Counted from the first letter of the whole stretch, positions 37,606-50,470 are shown. The stretch: DNA of 62,927 nt, filler included, from Octopus bimaculoides (GCF_001194135.2; 5 parts of 5 records of this genome joined end to end with filler, not necessarily neighbours in it); one strand, 5' to 3'. The notes: generated from the letters alone by a model not told the origin. Program-made: numbers and translations.

Positions 37606-39204
37606 ATATTCATATTATAGTGATTAATAAATGATTTGAATGTTTAATATCAGATTTAAGTAAATGTTAATGATTATACGTGTGTCTATTGTGTCACATC
37701 TGTGTATATACAATATTCATTAATAAGTATATATATATATATATATATATATNNNNNNNNNNNNNNNNNNNNNNNNNNNNNNNNNNNNNNNNNNNNNNNN
37801 NNNNNNNNNNNNNNNNNNNNNNNNNNNNNNNNNNNNNNNNNNNNNNNNNNNNNNNNNNNNNNNNNNNNNNNNNNNNNNNNNNNNNNNNNNNNNNNNNNNN
37901 NNNNNNNNNNNNNNNNNNNNNNNNNNNNNNNNNNNNNNNNNNNNNNNNNNNNNNNNNNNNNNNNNNNNNNNNNNNATGCTTGCGTGTTGGCACACAGATA
38001 TCCAATTAAACATTACATTATATCATATAAAAGTTAAATGGATTGAAAGCGTTTCCTTTCGACATCAAAAAAGAACAAATGGATGTTTTTATTGCATTAA
38101 TTGTATACTGGAAACGAAATAAATGTTTGTTAATAGCGAGGAAATGACCTTTTGACTCCATTATTTTTAACTCATATAATCAACAGCTATTTAATGCAGT
38201 TCCTTTCATTACATGTATAAGTTTCCTAATAGAGAATAAAAATGAAGATAAATGAAAATTCATGTAAAAAAAAAAAAAAGATATACCGTTCTGTGCATCA
38301 TTAGTCTGTCAAGCGTTTATGGAAGTATTTTTTAATAAATAGATAACTTGTAGATGAAAGATTAAAAGAAATGTTGATTGAGAAGTAAATGAACATCGTC
38401 AGGTAGAGAGCACTCAGAGAAGAAGGCTGTTTAAAAATAAAAATTCAACATAATTAAAAAGTATGTAATGGAGAACATATGGATATTTTTGAAAAGACAA
38501 GATATAAATACGTTTAAGAATTCTAAAGGCTTTTCAAGAATGCAAGGTAAATCGGAGTACGGCAAAACTGAAAATGTATATAAATACTTCAGCCCAGTGC
38601 TGAAGATATAATGAGAAAAAATCAAAGATTTCGTTACGTTTGATTCAAAGATAGAAATTAGCGTCAAATAAGAATAGAAAAACACTGATTTTTAACGGTT
38701 AACAGAATCTCTTTCAAAAGTTTTGACGTTATATATTCTCATATAATTGATATAGCACATACACATATGCACTCACACACTCACATAATCACACACTCAC
38801 ATACCCTCACACTTACGCCCACACACTCATACCTATATATATATATATATAAATAAAAGAGAGTTTGTGTGTGTGTGCGCGCATTTTCGTTATGCATTCG
38901 AAAACTGCATGTTGACGTATGGGGTATCAAAAGATTCAGTAATCATTCGGCTACGAAAAAAGCTTTATTTTCATTTAAACATTATCTAATTTATCACAAC
39001 AACCAGCTATCCTGATTTCAAAGGCACTGCTCTACAACCACTAGGCTTCATTAGAAACTGAAAATAGTTACACATTTTCAATTTGAACCAAAATTACAGT
39101 GTTGCATTACGACAGTGACGATGTGTGAATAACGAACGTACTGTTTCTTCGAATTAATCACATTTGTACTATAATACAGAAAGCTGCTTATCATATGTCT
39201 ATAA

Positions 39205-39266
<62 letters not shown>

Positions 39267-39635
39267 NNNNNNNNNNNNNNNNNNNNNNNNNNNNNNNNNN
39301 NNNNNNNNNNTTAATTAATTAANNNNNNNNNNNNNNNNNNNNNNNNNNNNNNNNNNNNNNNNNNNNTATATATATATATATATATATTCATGGACAAGAC
39401 ATCAAAATGAAGTGTTGATTTAAATATTGTTAATATATACTAAAAAACCGTGGTTAATTGTCTGAAAAAGTAGAATAATTTTTTAAGGTAGTATAGATAT
39501 TTTATCTGAAATTTATTCTTGTAATTAGTCTGTAATAATGGTGAATCATCTTTGCCATCATTATCATAAGTCTTGTTGTCACCATCATTGCTGTTACCTT
39601 CATCATCATCATCATCATGAGATATATGCATAAAT

Positions 39636-40082
39636 AGGTGCAGGAGTGGCTGTGTCATAAGTAGCTTGCTTACCAACTACATGGTTTTGGGTTCAGTCCT
39701 ATTGTGTTGCACCTTGGGCAAGTGTCTTCTGCTATAGCTTCAGGCTGANNNNNNNNNNACCTTGGGCAAGTGTCTTCTGCTATAGCTTCAGGCTGATTTA
39801 AGCCTTGTGAGTGGATTTGTTAGACGGAAACTGAAAGAAGCCCGTTGTATATATATATGTGTGAGTGTGTGAATGTGCGTGTGTATGTGTTTGTGTGTGT
39901 CACCATCGCTTGACAACCGATGCTGGTGTGTTTACATCCCAGTAGCTAGCGTTTTAGCAAAAGAGACGATAGAATAAGTACTAGGCTTGCAAAGAATAAG
40001 TCAATTCATTTGACTAAAGGTGGTGCTCCAGCATGGCGACAGTCAAACGACTGAAACAAAAAGACTAAAAGAGTGAAAGAGT
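39636..40082 (+). mobile_element. SINE family A, full-length, containing a 10-N gap with duplicated overlap
   Basis: AGGTGCAGGAGTGGCTGTGT head to AAAGAGTGAAAGAG tail. About 38 bp (CTTGGGCAAGTGTCTTCTGCTATAGCTTCAGGCTGA) is repeated on each side of the N10. Confidence 0.9.
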
Positions 40083-40308
40083 ATATATCCAGACTTGTAT
40101 CACCTAACAAATTCCATTCACCTTTAGGTTAGTGAATTAAAATTTCAGCTTTTTAAGAATTTGTTTAATTTGACATGCTCTTCCCTGACAGTATTAGTTC
40201 ATGTTTGTTAAAAAAACACAGAAAAATATCAAGACAAATTTTTAGCAGTATGATTGTTTAGTTAGTCAGAATTTGCAGCCAATTCATCCTTAAATCATAC
40301 CCAACTAT

Positions 40309-40699
40309 GTTGTTGTTGGCACTCCGTCACTTACGACGTTGAGGGTTCCAGTTGATCCGATCAATGGAACAGCCTACTCGTGAAATTAACGTGCAAGTGG
40401 CTGAGCACACCACAGACATGTGTACCCTTAACGTACTTCTCAGGGATATTCAGCATGACACAGTGTGACAAGGCTGACCCTTTGAATTATAGGCACAACA
40501 GAAACAGGAAGTAAGAGTGAGAGAAAGTTGTGGTGGAAGAGTACAGCAGGGTTCACCACCATCCCCTGCCGGAGCCTCATGGAGCTTTAGGTGTTTTCAC
40601 TCAATAAACTCTCACAACGCCCGGTCTGGGAATCGAAACCGTGATCCTATGACAGCGAGTCCGCTGCCCTAACCGCTAGGCCATTGCACCTCCACTTAA
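40309..40699 (-). mobile_element. SINE family B (tRNA-like head, (AAC)n tail) with 8-bp target-site duplication
   Basis: Minus strand head GGTGCAATGGCCTAGCGGTTAGGGCAGCGGACTCG...GGTTTCGATTCCC; body CTCAGCCACTTGCACGTTAATTTCACGAG. CCAACTAT flanks it at 40301-40308 and 40700-40707. Confidence 0.9.
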
Positions 40700-40728
40700 C
40701 CAACTATACCCCACCAATAATAATAATA

Positions 40729-41330
40729 ATCATAATAATGGTTTCAAATTAAGCCACAAGGGCAGCCAGCTTGGGGGAGGGGATGAGTTGATTACATTGA
40801 TCCCAGTGTTTCACTGGTACTTAATTTATTGACCCTGAAAGGATGAAAGGCAAAGTTGACCTCAGTGGAATTTGAACTCAGAATGTAGCGACAGACGAAA
40901 TACGACTATGCAATTCATCTGGCATACTAATGATTCTGACAGTTCATTGCTTTTGATTCCCAATTTTGACACAAGGGCAGCCATTGTGGGGGCAGGGATA
41001 AGTCAATTACATAATCCCCAGTGTTTTACTGGTACTTAATTTATCGACCTCAGAAGGATAAAAGCTAAAATTGACCTCGGCAGAATTTAATAATAATCCT
41101 TTCTATTAAAGGCACAAGGCTTGAAATTGGGGGATGGGACCAGATGGGGCTACACATGGAGATGGGACCAGACATCGACCCTAGTGTTTCACTGGTTCTT
41201 AATTCATTGGTCTCAAAAGGATGAAAGGCAACGTCGACCTCAGCAGAATTTGAACCCAGAACGTAGTGGTGGGCAAAATACTGCTAAGAATTTCGCCCTA
41301 CATGCTAACGATTCTGTCAGCTTGCTTGAC

Positions 41331-41365
<35 letters not shown>

Positions 41366-41580
41366 TTTAATTTTGGTTACAAGGAAAGCAATTTTAAGAG
41401 AAGGGTTGAATTTATTACATCGACCTCATTGTTCAAGTGGTACTTATTTTATCGATCTCCAAACTTGAAAGGCAAAGTTGACCTTGCTGGCATTTGAACC
41501 CATTGCATAAAATGCCAGACAAAATGCCACTAAGCATTTTGTCTGGCATGCAGATGATTCTACCAGCTCACTGCCTTAAA
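40729..41580 (-). mobile_element. head-to-tail cluster of four SINE family C copies
   Basis: Units at ~40729-40950, 40957-41088, 41090-41330 and 41335-41578, each with the GGTACTTAATTTATCGACC...AAAGG core; most are separated by (TAA)n. Confidence 0.85.
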
Positions 41581-42204
41581 TAATAGTGACAAATGGAAAG
41601 AGGCATTGAGTAATGTGTACCAAGATACATCATGCATAAATTAAAAAAGAAAATAATAAAGTGGAGACGCTGGACATGGAAAGAACATGGTAGGTCTGTC
41701 TGCTCATTCAGGGATGGGCTTGATGGCTTAGGAGATGAAAAACAAAAAAGACAAACAAGGAAACAACATCAGAAACATGCAATTTGCTGAAATGAAATCC
41801 CAATCCTTATATTCATGACATTTACATATCGAAAAGACAACAGTGTTATTGAATTGTTATTGAAAGCCTCTCAGTTCGTTTATATGGATTGTTCAATAAC
41901 ATACATTCGATATTTTAAATAATTCAGAAAGCAATATCTTCCCAGGATAGAATTGTTAACCAGTTTTCTATTGTAATGATTAATCCTAATATCAATGGAT
42001 TAGCCTTTTATTGGAAATGGGATCACTGGCAGCTGTCTCTGACCTTTACAGAAAAATCTATTTTCATTCTATCATTTAATGTTTATGTTATTGCCTATGG
42101 CTGTGTGGCAAAGAAGTTTGAATCTCAACCATGGAATGTCAGGTTCATTCTCACTGTGTGACATCTTCTTGGTGAGTGTCTGTGTGTGTGTGTGTGTGTG
42201 TGTG

Positions 42205-42281
<77 letters not shown>

Positions 42282-42322
42282 AAGTATGTGTGTGTGTGTA
42301 CATTCATGCATATATATATATA

Positions 42323-42472
42323 TCATCATCATCGTTTAACGTCCGCTTTCCATGCTAGCATGGGTTGGACGATTTGACTGAGGACTCGTGAACCAGGTGG
42401 CTACACCAGGCTCCAATCTGATTTGGCAGAGTTTCTACAGCTGGATGCCCTTCCTAACGCCAACCACTCCGA
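42323..42472 (-). mobile_element. RTE-type 3' terminus (5'-truncated LINE or partner SINE)
   Basis: CATCATCATCGTTTAACGTCC tail and GGATGCCCTTCCTAACGCCAACCACTCC, shared with 50320-50460. Confidence 0.8.
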
Positions 42473-42544
42473 GATATATATATAGATGCATAAATGGTGG
42501 AGTCTTATGTCTAGTTCTGGAAATTATATTTTGAAATCGACAGA

Positions 42545-42609
42545 CTACGCTGATGATCCTGCAGATATTTACCTACGTAAATTTTAACAGGTGAAACCAT
42601 GGTACGTAG
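42545..42609 (+). ncRNA. minimal type I hammerhead ribozyme
   Basis: Helix I CTACG(42545-49)/CGTAG(42605-09); core CTGATGA (42550-56); helix II CCTG/CAGG with a U.U closing pair; GAAA (42593-96); palindromic helix III ACCATGGT (42596-42603); cleavage triplet GUA (after 42604). Confidence 0.8.
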
Positions 42610-43791
42610 GTTAATCTTTTTTTTTTTATTAGTATTTTTCATTTGTCTTGCCCTTTTACAGTCTGTTGTGTCGCTAATTTTTTACTGAGAACATATTTCT
42701 TCGTGGTTAGATGATTCGGCATCTATTTCTAGCATATAGGAGTCCACTTTTGCTGGTCATTCCTCTTATTTTTGTATATATATTTATATGAATATATGTA
42801 ATATTTATACGTATCTATATGTATTATATTATGTATTACATTATATATGTACATATATAATTATATTTATATACATATATATTTGTATTTATATGTATAT
42901 ATATATATGTCTCGATATCTATCTATTTATATTTATTTATGCATATATATCTATATTCACACACACATACACACACACACACTCATGCACACATGCGCGC
43001 ACACACATATATGTATATATATGTATGTATACATATATTCACACACACATGTATTCAATGTTATATTATACACATACATATTTATACATATGTATGTGTA
43101 CACACTCACACATGCACGTAAAAAAAAATATTTGCACATGAAAACCTAATCATGTTCATTCTAAAATACACATTCAGCTAAAAAGTAAACAAACAAACAC
43201 GAGACACACAAACAGACAACCCCGCTCCCCATCAAATTTAAATAACATATAGCAAAATATATCAAAAGTATATGTATATGTATATAAATATATATATGTG
43301 TATACATATCTTTAAGATGTAAATGAAGCCAGGATTCTGAAGATATGGCTTTAAGTTATGTTTACTTCTGCTGTCCAAAAGTGAAAAAAACAAAAAACAA
43401 AAATCATTTCTTGACTTTTTGACCAATATATGTATAAATGGAGTTAAGAATAGCCCAGAAATTCTATCTCATGTTCAATATGGCTCATATATTATGGAAA
43501 TATTTCCAAGACGAAATTGAAACCCAATTCAGATAAGAACAAATGAAGACAGCATTGTCGGCATCGTCAGCAGTTATGGTGGGTGAAAACAAGACCCTAG
43601 TGTTGGAGTGATTAATGACCAAAAGAAAAGAAAAAGTGGAAAAAAAAGACTCTTATGGCTTCATTTTGTTCTTTTTTATTTTTGTATTTTTGTCTGGAGA
43701 TTAGAAAATATATGTTGCTACTGCTGCTGCTGTTATTGTTGTTTAGCCCCAGGTCAGCGTAGATCTAGCAGAAGGTGCTCTTGCTGTAATG

Positions 43792-44083
43792 CATCGGTTC
43801 TCAACAGTGGTCCATATGGCTCTTGGTGGTCAACATGGCCATTAGGGTTCCATATGGCACTGAAGGGCCCACATAAGATTTTGTTGTTATCTGAAATAAA
43901 TTTTTTTTATAGTTCCACAATGCACAAAATATTTTAACAATTTTTTTTTTATGCAATTCCTAATTAATATCTAATTATAAAAATACTATAGGGATTTTTT
44001 AAACCTCAAATGCCTTGGTGGGTCTATCTGAGTGAAATAGGGATCAAAAGGATCCCTATGTAAAAAATGATTGAGAAACACTA
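43792..44083. mobile_element. hAT (Charlie-like) MITE, old
   Basis: Ends CATCGGTTCTCAAC and ATTGAGAAACACTA match a CAGTGGTTCTCAAC-type TIR (12/14 and 11/14). AT-rich interior; the 8-bp TSD is not preserved. Confidence 0.6.
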
Positions 44084-44654
44084 CTTTTTATATATATCAA
44101 CGATGGGCTGGAGGTATATTGTCTAATTTATTATGCTTCATTAAAGATATTAGGATATGGTTTGAGGAGGATTTGGTTGTTATTTTTAGCAAGACTAGTC
44201 ACCACATAGAAGAACATATATGTTGAATACTAGTACAAGAATTGCCTTTTCTCTGTGAGTGCACCTGAGTATGTTTCCATGTATGTGTGTGTGTATAATG
44301 ATGATAATGGTGGTGGTGGTGACAGTGGTGGCGATGATAGCGATAATGTTGAAAGAAGGAGTGAGAAAGAAAATAACAGTATTTAACAGCAGTGTTAATT
44401 TATTATACAAACATAAGGTGCTGGCTACAATCAATAGATATTATTTTAGAACAGTATAGCAATGGAATAAAATGGTTGTAATTCACACACACACACACAC
44501 ACACACACTTTTATATATACACACACATCATCTATATGCATATACATATGCACACATACATTGTTATCTGCAAAAAAACTACAATGTCAAGGATGAGAGC
44601 TTCTACTGAATAGAAAACTTAAACTGGTTTCATACATGTGTGTGTGTGTATAAG

Positions 44655-45066
44655 GTATAAGTGTGGCTTTCCAATCACATGGTTCCAGGTTCAGTCCCAC
44701 TGTGTGGTACTTTTGGTGAGTGTCTTCTACTGTAGCATCAGGCCTACCAAAGCCTTGTGAGTGAATTTGATAGGCAGAAACTGAAAGAACACCTTAGTAT
44801 GTATGTATGTATGTATGTATGTATGTATGTATGTGTGTGTGTGTGTGTGTGTTTGTATCTTTGCTTGTTCCCTAATCACCACTGGACAACTGGTGCTGGT
44901 GTCTTTTCGTCTCTGTAACTTAGCAGTTCAGGAAAAGGGATAGAATAAGTACCAGGCTTTAAAAAATAAGTCCTAGGTTTAATACATTTGACTAAAAATT
45001 GTTCAAGGCAGAACTCCAGCATGGGCACAGTCTAATTAGTGGAACAAGTAAACGATAAAAGATAAG
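44655..45066 (+). mobile_element. SINE family A, full-length
   Basis: GGTTCCAGGTTCAGTCCCACTG head, (TATG)n(TG)n linker, GATAGAATAAGTACC body, AACGATAAAAGATAAG tail. Confidence 0.85.
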
Positions 45067-45423
45067 AAGTGTGTGCGTGAGTCTACATACATACATACAT
45101 ACATATATGTATGTATTATATTCATTTGCCATGCTGAAATGCTGAAATCTACAAGCGTTTTTCATTCTCTCTATTTATCTTCTCTTTTTTTTTATGTCAA
45201 AGGGCATACGCTCAAAATGTAAAAGACTATCATTTTCCCAAGTGTCAAACTAATACACTTGCTTGCTGTTCATGCACCTGCCTTCGTCTTTTGTTTTTCG
45301 ATAAATTTCAAATATATACATATATATATACATACTCATATGTGTAAATACACTCACACACACACATATGTGTATATGTATGTAATGTATATATGTATGT
45401 AATGTATATATGTACATGTATAG

Positions 45424-45475
<52 letters not shown>

Positions 45476-47994
45476 NNNNNNNNNNNNNNNNNNNNNNNNN
45501 NNNNNNNNNNNNNNNNNNNNNNNNNNNNNNNNNNNNNNNNNNNNNNNNNNNNNNNNNNNNNNNNNNNNNNNNNNNNNNNNNNNNNNNNNNNNNNNNNNNN
45601 NNNNNNNNNNNNNNNNNNNNNNNNNNNNNNNNNNNNNNNNNNNATATATATATGCACATATGGGTACAGTTCATTTAAAAAATGTAGACATAATGAGAAA
45701 CGAAAACATAAAAACAAAAACATAGAAAACGAACTTGTTTATGAACGATGAAAAAAAAAACCAAACAGAGAAACGACGCATACAGCATAAAGAACATTCC
45801 CTTCATCAGTTGTCCCCTGTTTTATCTACTCCGCATTTCGAAGGTATGTGTGTATGTGTGTGTGTGTGTTTGTATCTGCAAGTCTTCATATCAATGTTAC
45901 TTGGGCAGCAATGACATTTATTTTCTGTATTAAGAAAAATTCAATCTGCTTAGAAAACGATGAGGGAAAATCAGTGCTGAAGACGTAGAATTGACCTAAA
46001 GTTCTCAGACAGCAAACTTATTTACAACCCTCGTCATCAATATCGTTAAATCAAGGGAATGAGGAAACTCTCTGCAATGGTTCAACTTGTTAGAAATAAT
46101 ATTTAAATTTCCTTTGAATGACACATTATAGTCTTCCAAAAAGAAATGAAGGATTCATTGTTTAATGTAGTCCATAGTATACTACAAGTTGGGATGGTCA
46201 TGGCATTATTGTCTCTGATCATTGATCTGCTTGACCAGAGCTGACCTAAGGTTGAACATTATTAACAGCACCACCATAACCACCACCCCCACCACCCCCA
46301 TCTGCAGTACTAAAATCATCATCATCGTCATTGTCTTTATTAATATCCCATCGTTATCAATTAACATCATTGTTGATATCTCTACCTCAATCACCATGAC
46401 AATGATGATGATCATCATCATCATTGTCACACCAGAATAACCAGCATCACCACCAACACCCCCACCACCTCGACTATTATCATCATCTCTATATTGTTGT
46501 TGTTTCCAACGTAAACTTTGTTGTGTTTGTTGTTCTTGTCAATGTTTATGTTTCTATCTAAGCTATGATTGCCTGGGTAGTTTTGTCAAGCCATACTCAT
46601 GTTAGTTACGATCAAATTGATGGATTGTTCAAATTAATCTTTGAAACAGCTGCTCTAATTTTGCTTTCGGTTATATTACCGAATGATTAATGACTAAATT
46701 AAAATGTATTGTCATTCTATCAAGGGAATATTTGTGTCTTTCTTTTCAGCGAGTTGATATTTATGGTGTAGTCTTTTTATTTTATGTTAATGCGTAAGCG
46801 TGAGAGAAGGAACAACTGAACCTGTTGGCCACTCCAGGGACTCCTAGACTTGTAGGAAGGATGATAAGAAATCATATTCAGATGGGAGACCCAGTCCCCA
46901 CATGCTTGCTACACAGTGGAAACTACTAAAGAAATCTAAAAGAAATAGCGCCAGGAAATAGGGTTACACAAGGTTACAAGTTAAGTCTATTAATCCTTAG
47001 TCTCAGAAGGCATTCAAAAGATATTGGGCAGTATGCTCCTATATCCAAAGCCAGCAAATTCTATAATAAATAGGTAAATATAGGCACAGGTATATTTTAA
47101 TATAATAAGGTATCATTTGAAGCAGCTTTAACTGCTATGATATTTCAAGTCAGCGAGGGCTTTCTGCTTGGGCAACACACCATTGTATCTGCATGAAAAC
47201 GTGCAAAATTTTTGGACTGTGGATAAAATTTTGAGTGTTTATCCTCCAAACATGACCAAATCTGAATTTTAAACCACATTAAAAAAAAAAAAAAAAATCC
47301 TATCTAGATTAAAGTTTCAAGAAAAATTATATTCATGTGAGTTTATGAATACTAAATAGTTGAATCAAGTATTAAAAAAAACATGAGATATAATCTTTCA
47401 CATTTCCATTTTCGATTCTCATTTTTCACATTCTGAATTTCATTCTCAACTTTCTTTTCTACCCATAAGCTATTCGCTCTTATCTCAGTAATATTGTCTT
47501 GCACCTGCACATTTCATTATTTTATTTTAATTGTATTCTTCATGTGTTACTCCTATTCTTGTACCGTTTCTTTGTTTAACCCTCTTGAATTGCAGGCACT
47601 TAACATTCCACATTCTTAATATTCAAACATTCATAAATGAATATTTTACCAAATTCTTCTATTCATAATTTTTTTTCTTCCATATTCAGGAGTATTCTAT
47701 GCAGGAGTATTAAAGAATACAATGTTTAAACCACTCTATATTTATTCAATACATTCTGAAAAAAGCATTCTATGATGTGTTGCTGTAGGACACTATACAG
47801 AAATCTAACACTGTGTCCTTCCTCTTTGAAAAGCAATGCATATTATGCAGTAACCCCCCCCCCCAAAAAAAAAAAACAAAGAAACAAAGCAAAGAATGGT
47901 GTAGAAGAGAATTGGTATTGAATGAATGAAATATAGGTCCTGAATTAAAAAAAACATACATTCTATAGTCAATATTAGCTTTATACTTATGACG

Positions 47995-48200
47995 ATGAGC
48001 TGGTAGAAATATTAGCATGCTGGTTAAGTCTGTCTTTATGTTCTGAGTCGAAATTCCACCAAGGTCGACTTTGTCTTTCATTCTTTTGGAGATTGATAAA
48101 ATAAGTAACAGATAAGGACCGAGGTCGATGGGTTGATGTAACCTCCTTATTACCTCCCTGCAAAATTGCTTGCTTTGTCCCAAAATTAGAAACCAATATT
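47995..48200 (+). mobile_element. SINE family C
   Basis: GAGCTGGTAGAAA head, GTTCTGAGTCGAAATTCC, GGTCGACTTTGTCTTTCATTC, CCCAAAATTAGAAACC tail. Confidence 0.8.
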
Positions 48201-48370
48201 GGATTTATACATGATGCAGGCATGGTGGATGGGTTATGAAGCTTACTTCCTAATCAAGATCATGTAGTTTGGGTTCCACCGCTTGTCATCTTGTACAAGT
48301 GTCTTTTATTACAGTCCCTATCTGACCAAAACATTGCAAATGGATACAGGCGGCAGAACACGCACCCTCA

Positions 48371-48779
48371 TATCTTTTACTCTTTTACTTGTTTCAGTCA
48401 TTTGACTGTGGCCATGCTGGAGTACCGCCTTTAGTTGAGCAAATCGACCCCAGGACTTATTGTTTGTAAGCCTAGTACTTATTCTATCGGTCTCTTTTTG
48501 CTGAACCGCTAAGTTACCGGGACGTAAACACACCAGCATCGGTTGTCATGCGATAGTGGGGGGACAAACACAGACACACAAACACACATACATATATATA
48601 TATATACATATATACGACGGGCTTCTTTCAGTTTCCGTCTACCAAATCCACTCACAAGGCTTTGGTTGGCCTGAGGCTACAGTAGAAGACACTTGCCCAA
48701 GGTGCCACGCAGTGGGACTGAACCCAGAATCATGTGGTTGGTAAGCAAGCTACTTATCACACAGCCACTCCTGCGCCTA
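48371..48779 (-). mobile_element. SINE family A, full-length, well preserved
   Basis: Best copy in the window: (CTTTTACT)n tail, body, (CA)/(TA) linker, head ending CCACTCCTGCGCCT. Confidence 0.95.
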
Positions 48780-49039
48780 GTACACATATTTATATAAAAT
48801 AAGAAAACAAATGGATTTTAAAGGGTCACAACAGCTGTTTCAGGAGCATATATTTTATTGATGACTAGATCAATTACATCGATTACATCTAGAAAGCAGT
48901 CTGCTTTCTTTAGGTGTCTTTAAACTAAGGTAAGAAAAAAAACAAAGATTCCGATTGACCTGTTTTGCTAGGCATCCCTTCAACGATGCTTAAATTGGCA
49001 TTGTATCAAAATTTCAAATAAAAATCGATTATCAAGCAA

Positions 49040-49251
49040 AATCATTAGAGCATTAGACAAAATGCCAAGCAACATTTCTTCTGACTCTTTATACTCTGTG
49101 TTCAAATTCCTTGGGGGTTAAACTTTGCATTTCATTCCTACAGGGTCAATAAAATGAGAACCTGTCAGGTAATGGGGTTGACGCAATCAATCAAACCCCG
49201 CCAAATAAAATTGTTGGCCTTGAGCCAAACTTAGAAAGAATTGATATTACG

Positions 49252-49307
<56 letters not shown>

Positions 49308-49538
49308 CATTATCATTAAAGGTGATGAGATGCCAGAATTGTTAGTATGCTTAGCAGTATTTCATCTGTTTCTATGTTCTGAGTTCAAATTCTGTCGAGT
49401 TCGACATTGCCTTTTATCCTTTCAGGGTCAATAAATTAAGTACCCAGTTGCATACTGGGGTTGTTCTAATTGACTGGTCCCCTCCAACAAAATTTTGTGC
49501 CTTGTGCCTTGAGTAGAAAAGATGATTATTATTATTAA

Positions 49539-49589
<51 letters not shown>

Positions 49590-49765
49590 GGTGGTGAGCT
49601 GGCAGAATCGTTAGCACACCGGGCGAAATGCTTAGTGGTATTTCGTCTGCAGCTATGTTCTGAGTTCAAATTCTGCTGAGGTCGACTTTGCCTGTCTTCC
49701 TTTCGGGGTCGATAAATTAAATACCAGTTGAGTACTGGGATTGATGTAATCGACTAATCCCTTCC
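49040..49765 (+). mobile_element. head-to-tail cluster of three SINE family C copies
   Basis: Units ~49040-49250, 49316-49530 and 49586-49765 separated by (ATT)n tails. Confidence 0.85.
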
Positions 49766-49829
49766 CTACATGCTTTGCTGTGTGTGCAATGTCAGTATAC
49801 ATGTTTGACAGTGTAAGCATCTTGAGAAG

Positions 49830-50470
49830 AAAGTTGGGACAGCTCTGTAAAGATGTGCTGATCTCTAACTGTGAAGGAAACCTACGATAGAGGTTGACCA
49901 GGTGGATATGGGATGAGGTGGTGAAGCATGATCTTTGAACTTTGGGTCTCACAGAGGCAATGACTATTGACCGAGACCTTTGGTGATATGCTGTGCTTGA
50001 GATGGCTTGTCTAGCCAAGTGAAATCATAGTTGTGGCTGATGCTGGTGTCACGTAACTGGCACCCATGCTGGTGGTACTTAAAAAGCACCTTTCGAGTGT
50101 TGGGCCTCAAGGAGGGAAAGTGACTGATGATGGTGGCACGTGAAAAGCTCCTTTTGGGTGTTGGACCTCACAGAGGCAATGACCGAAACCTTTGTAATTA
50201 TGTCGTGCTTGAGAAGAAGAACCATCAAGCCAAGTAAAATGACAGTCATGGCAGATACCGATGTTATGCACATGGCACCGGTGCTGGTGACATGTAAAAG
50301 CACCCATTACACTCTTGGAGTGGTTGGCATTAGGAAGGGCATCCAGCCATAGAAACCATGCTAAATCAGATTGGAGTCTGGTGCAGCCTTCCAGTATGTA
50401 AGCCCTGATGAAACCATCCAACCTATGCCAGCATGGACAATGGACGCTAAATGATGACGACGGCGATGAT
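49830..50470 (+). mobile_element. RTE-type LINE 3' end (ORF C-terminus plus 3' UTR, partly duplicated)
   Basis: WDEVVKHDL*TLGLTEAMTIDRDLW*YAVLE...AK* (stop 50020-22); the end of this segment recurs at ~50163-50240; the tail is GGACGCTAAATGATGACGAC. Confidence 0.85.

Noticed and set aside
38833-39045. Helitron-like start (CTATATATAAATAAAAGAG then GT repeats)
   Set aside because: No convincing 3' hairpin plus CTRR terminus found.
39712-39797. ~38-bp direct repeat around a 10-N gap
   Set aside because: Typical unmerged contig overlap inside a SINE, not a biological duplication.
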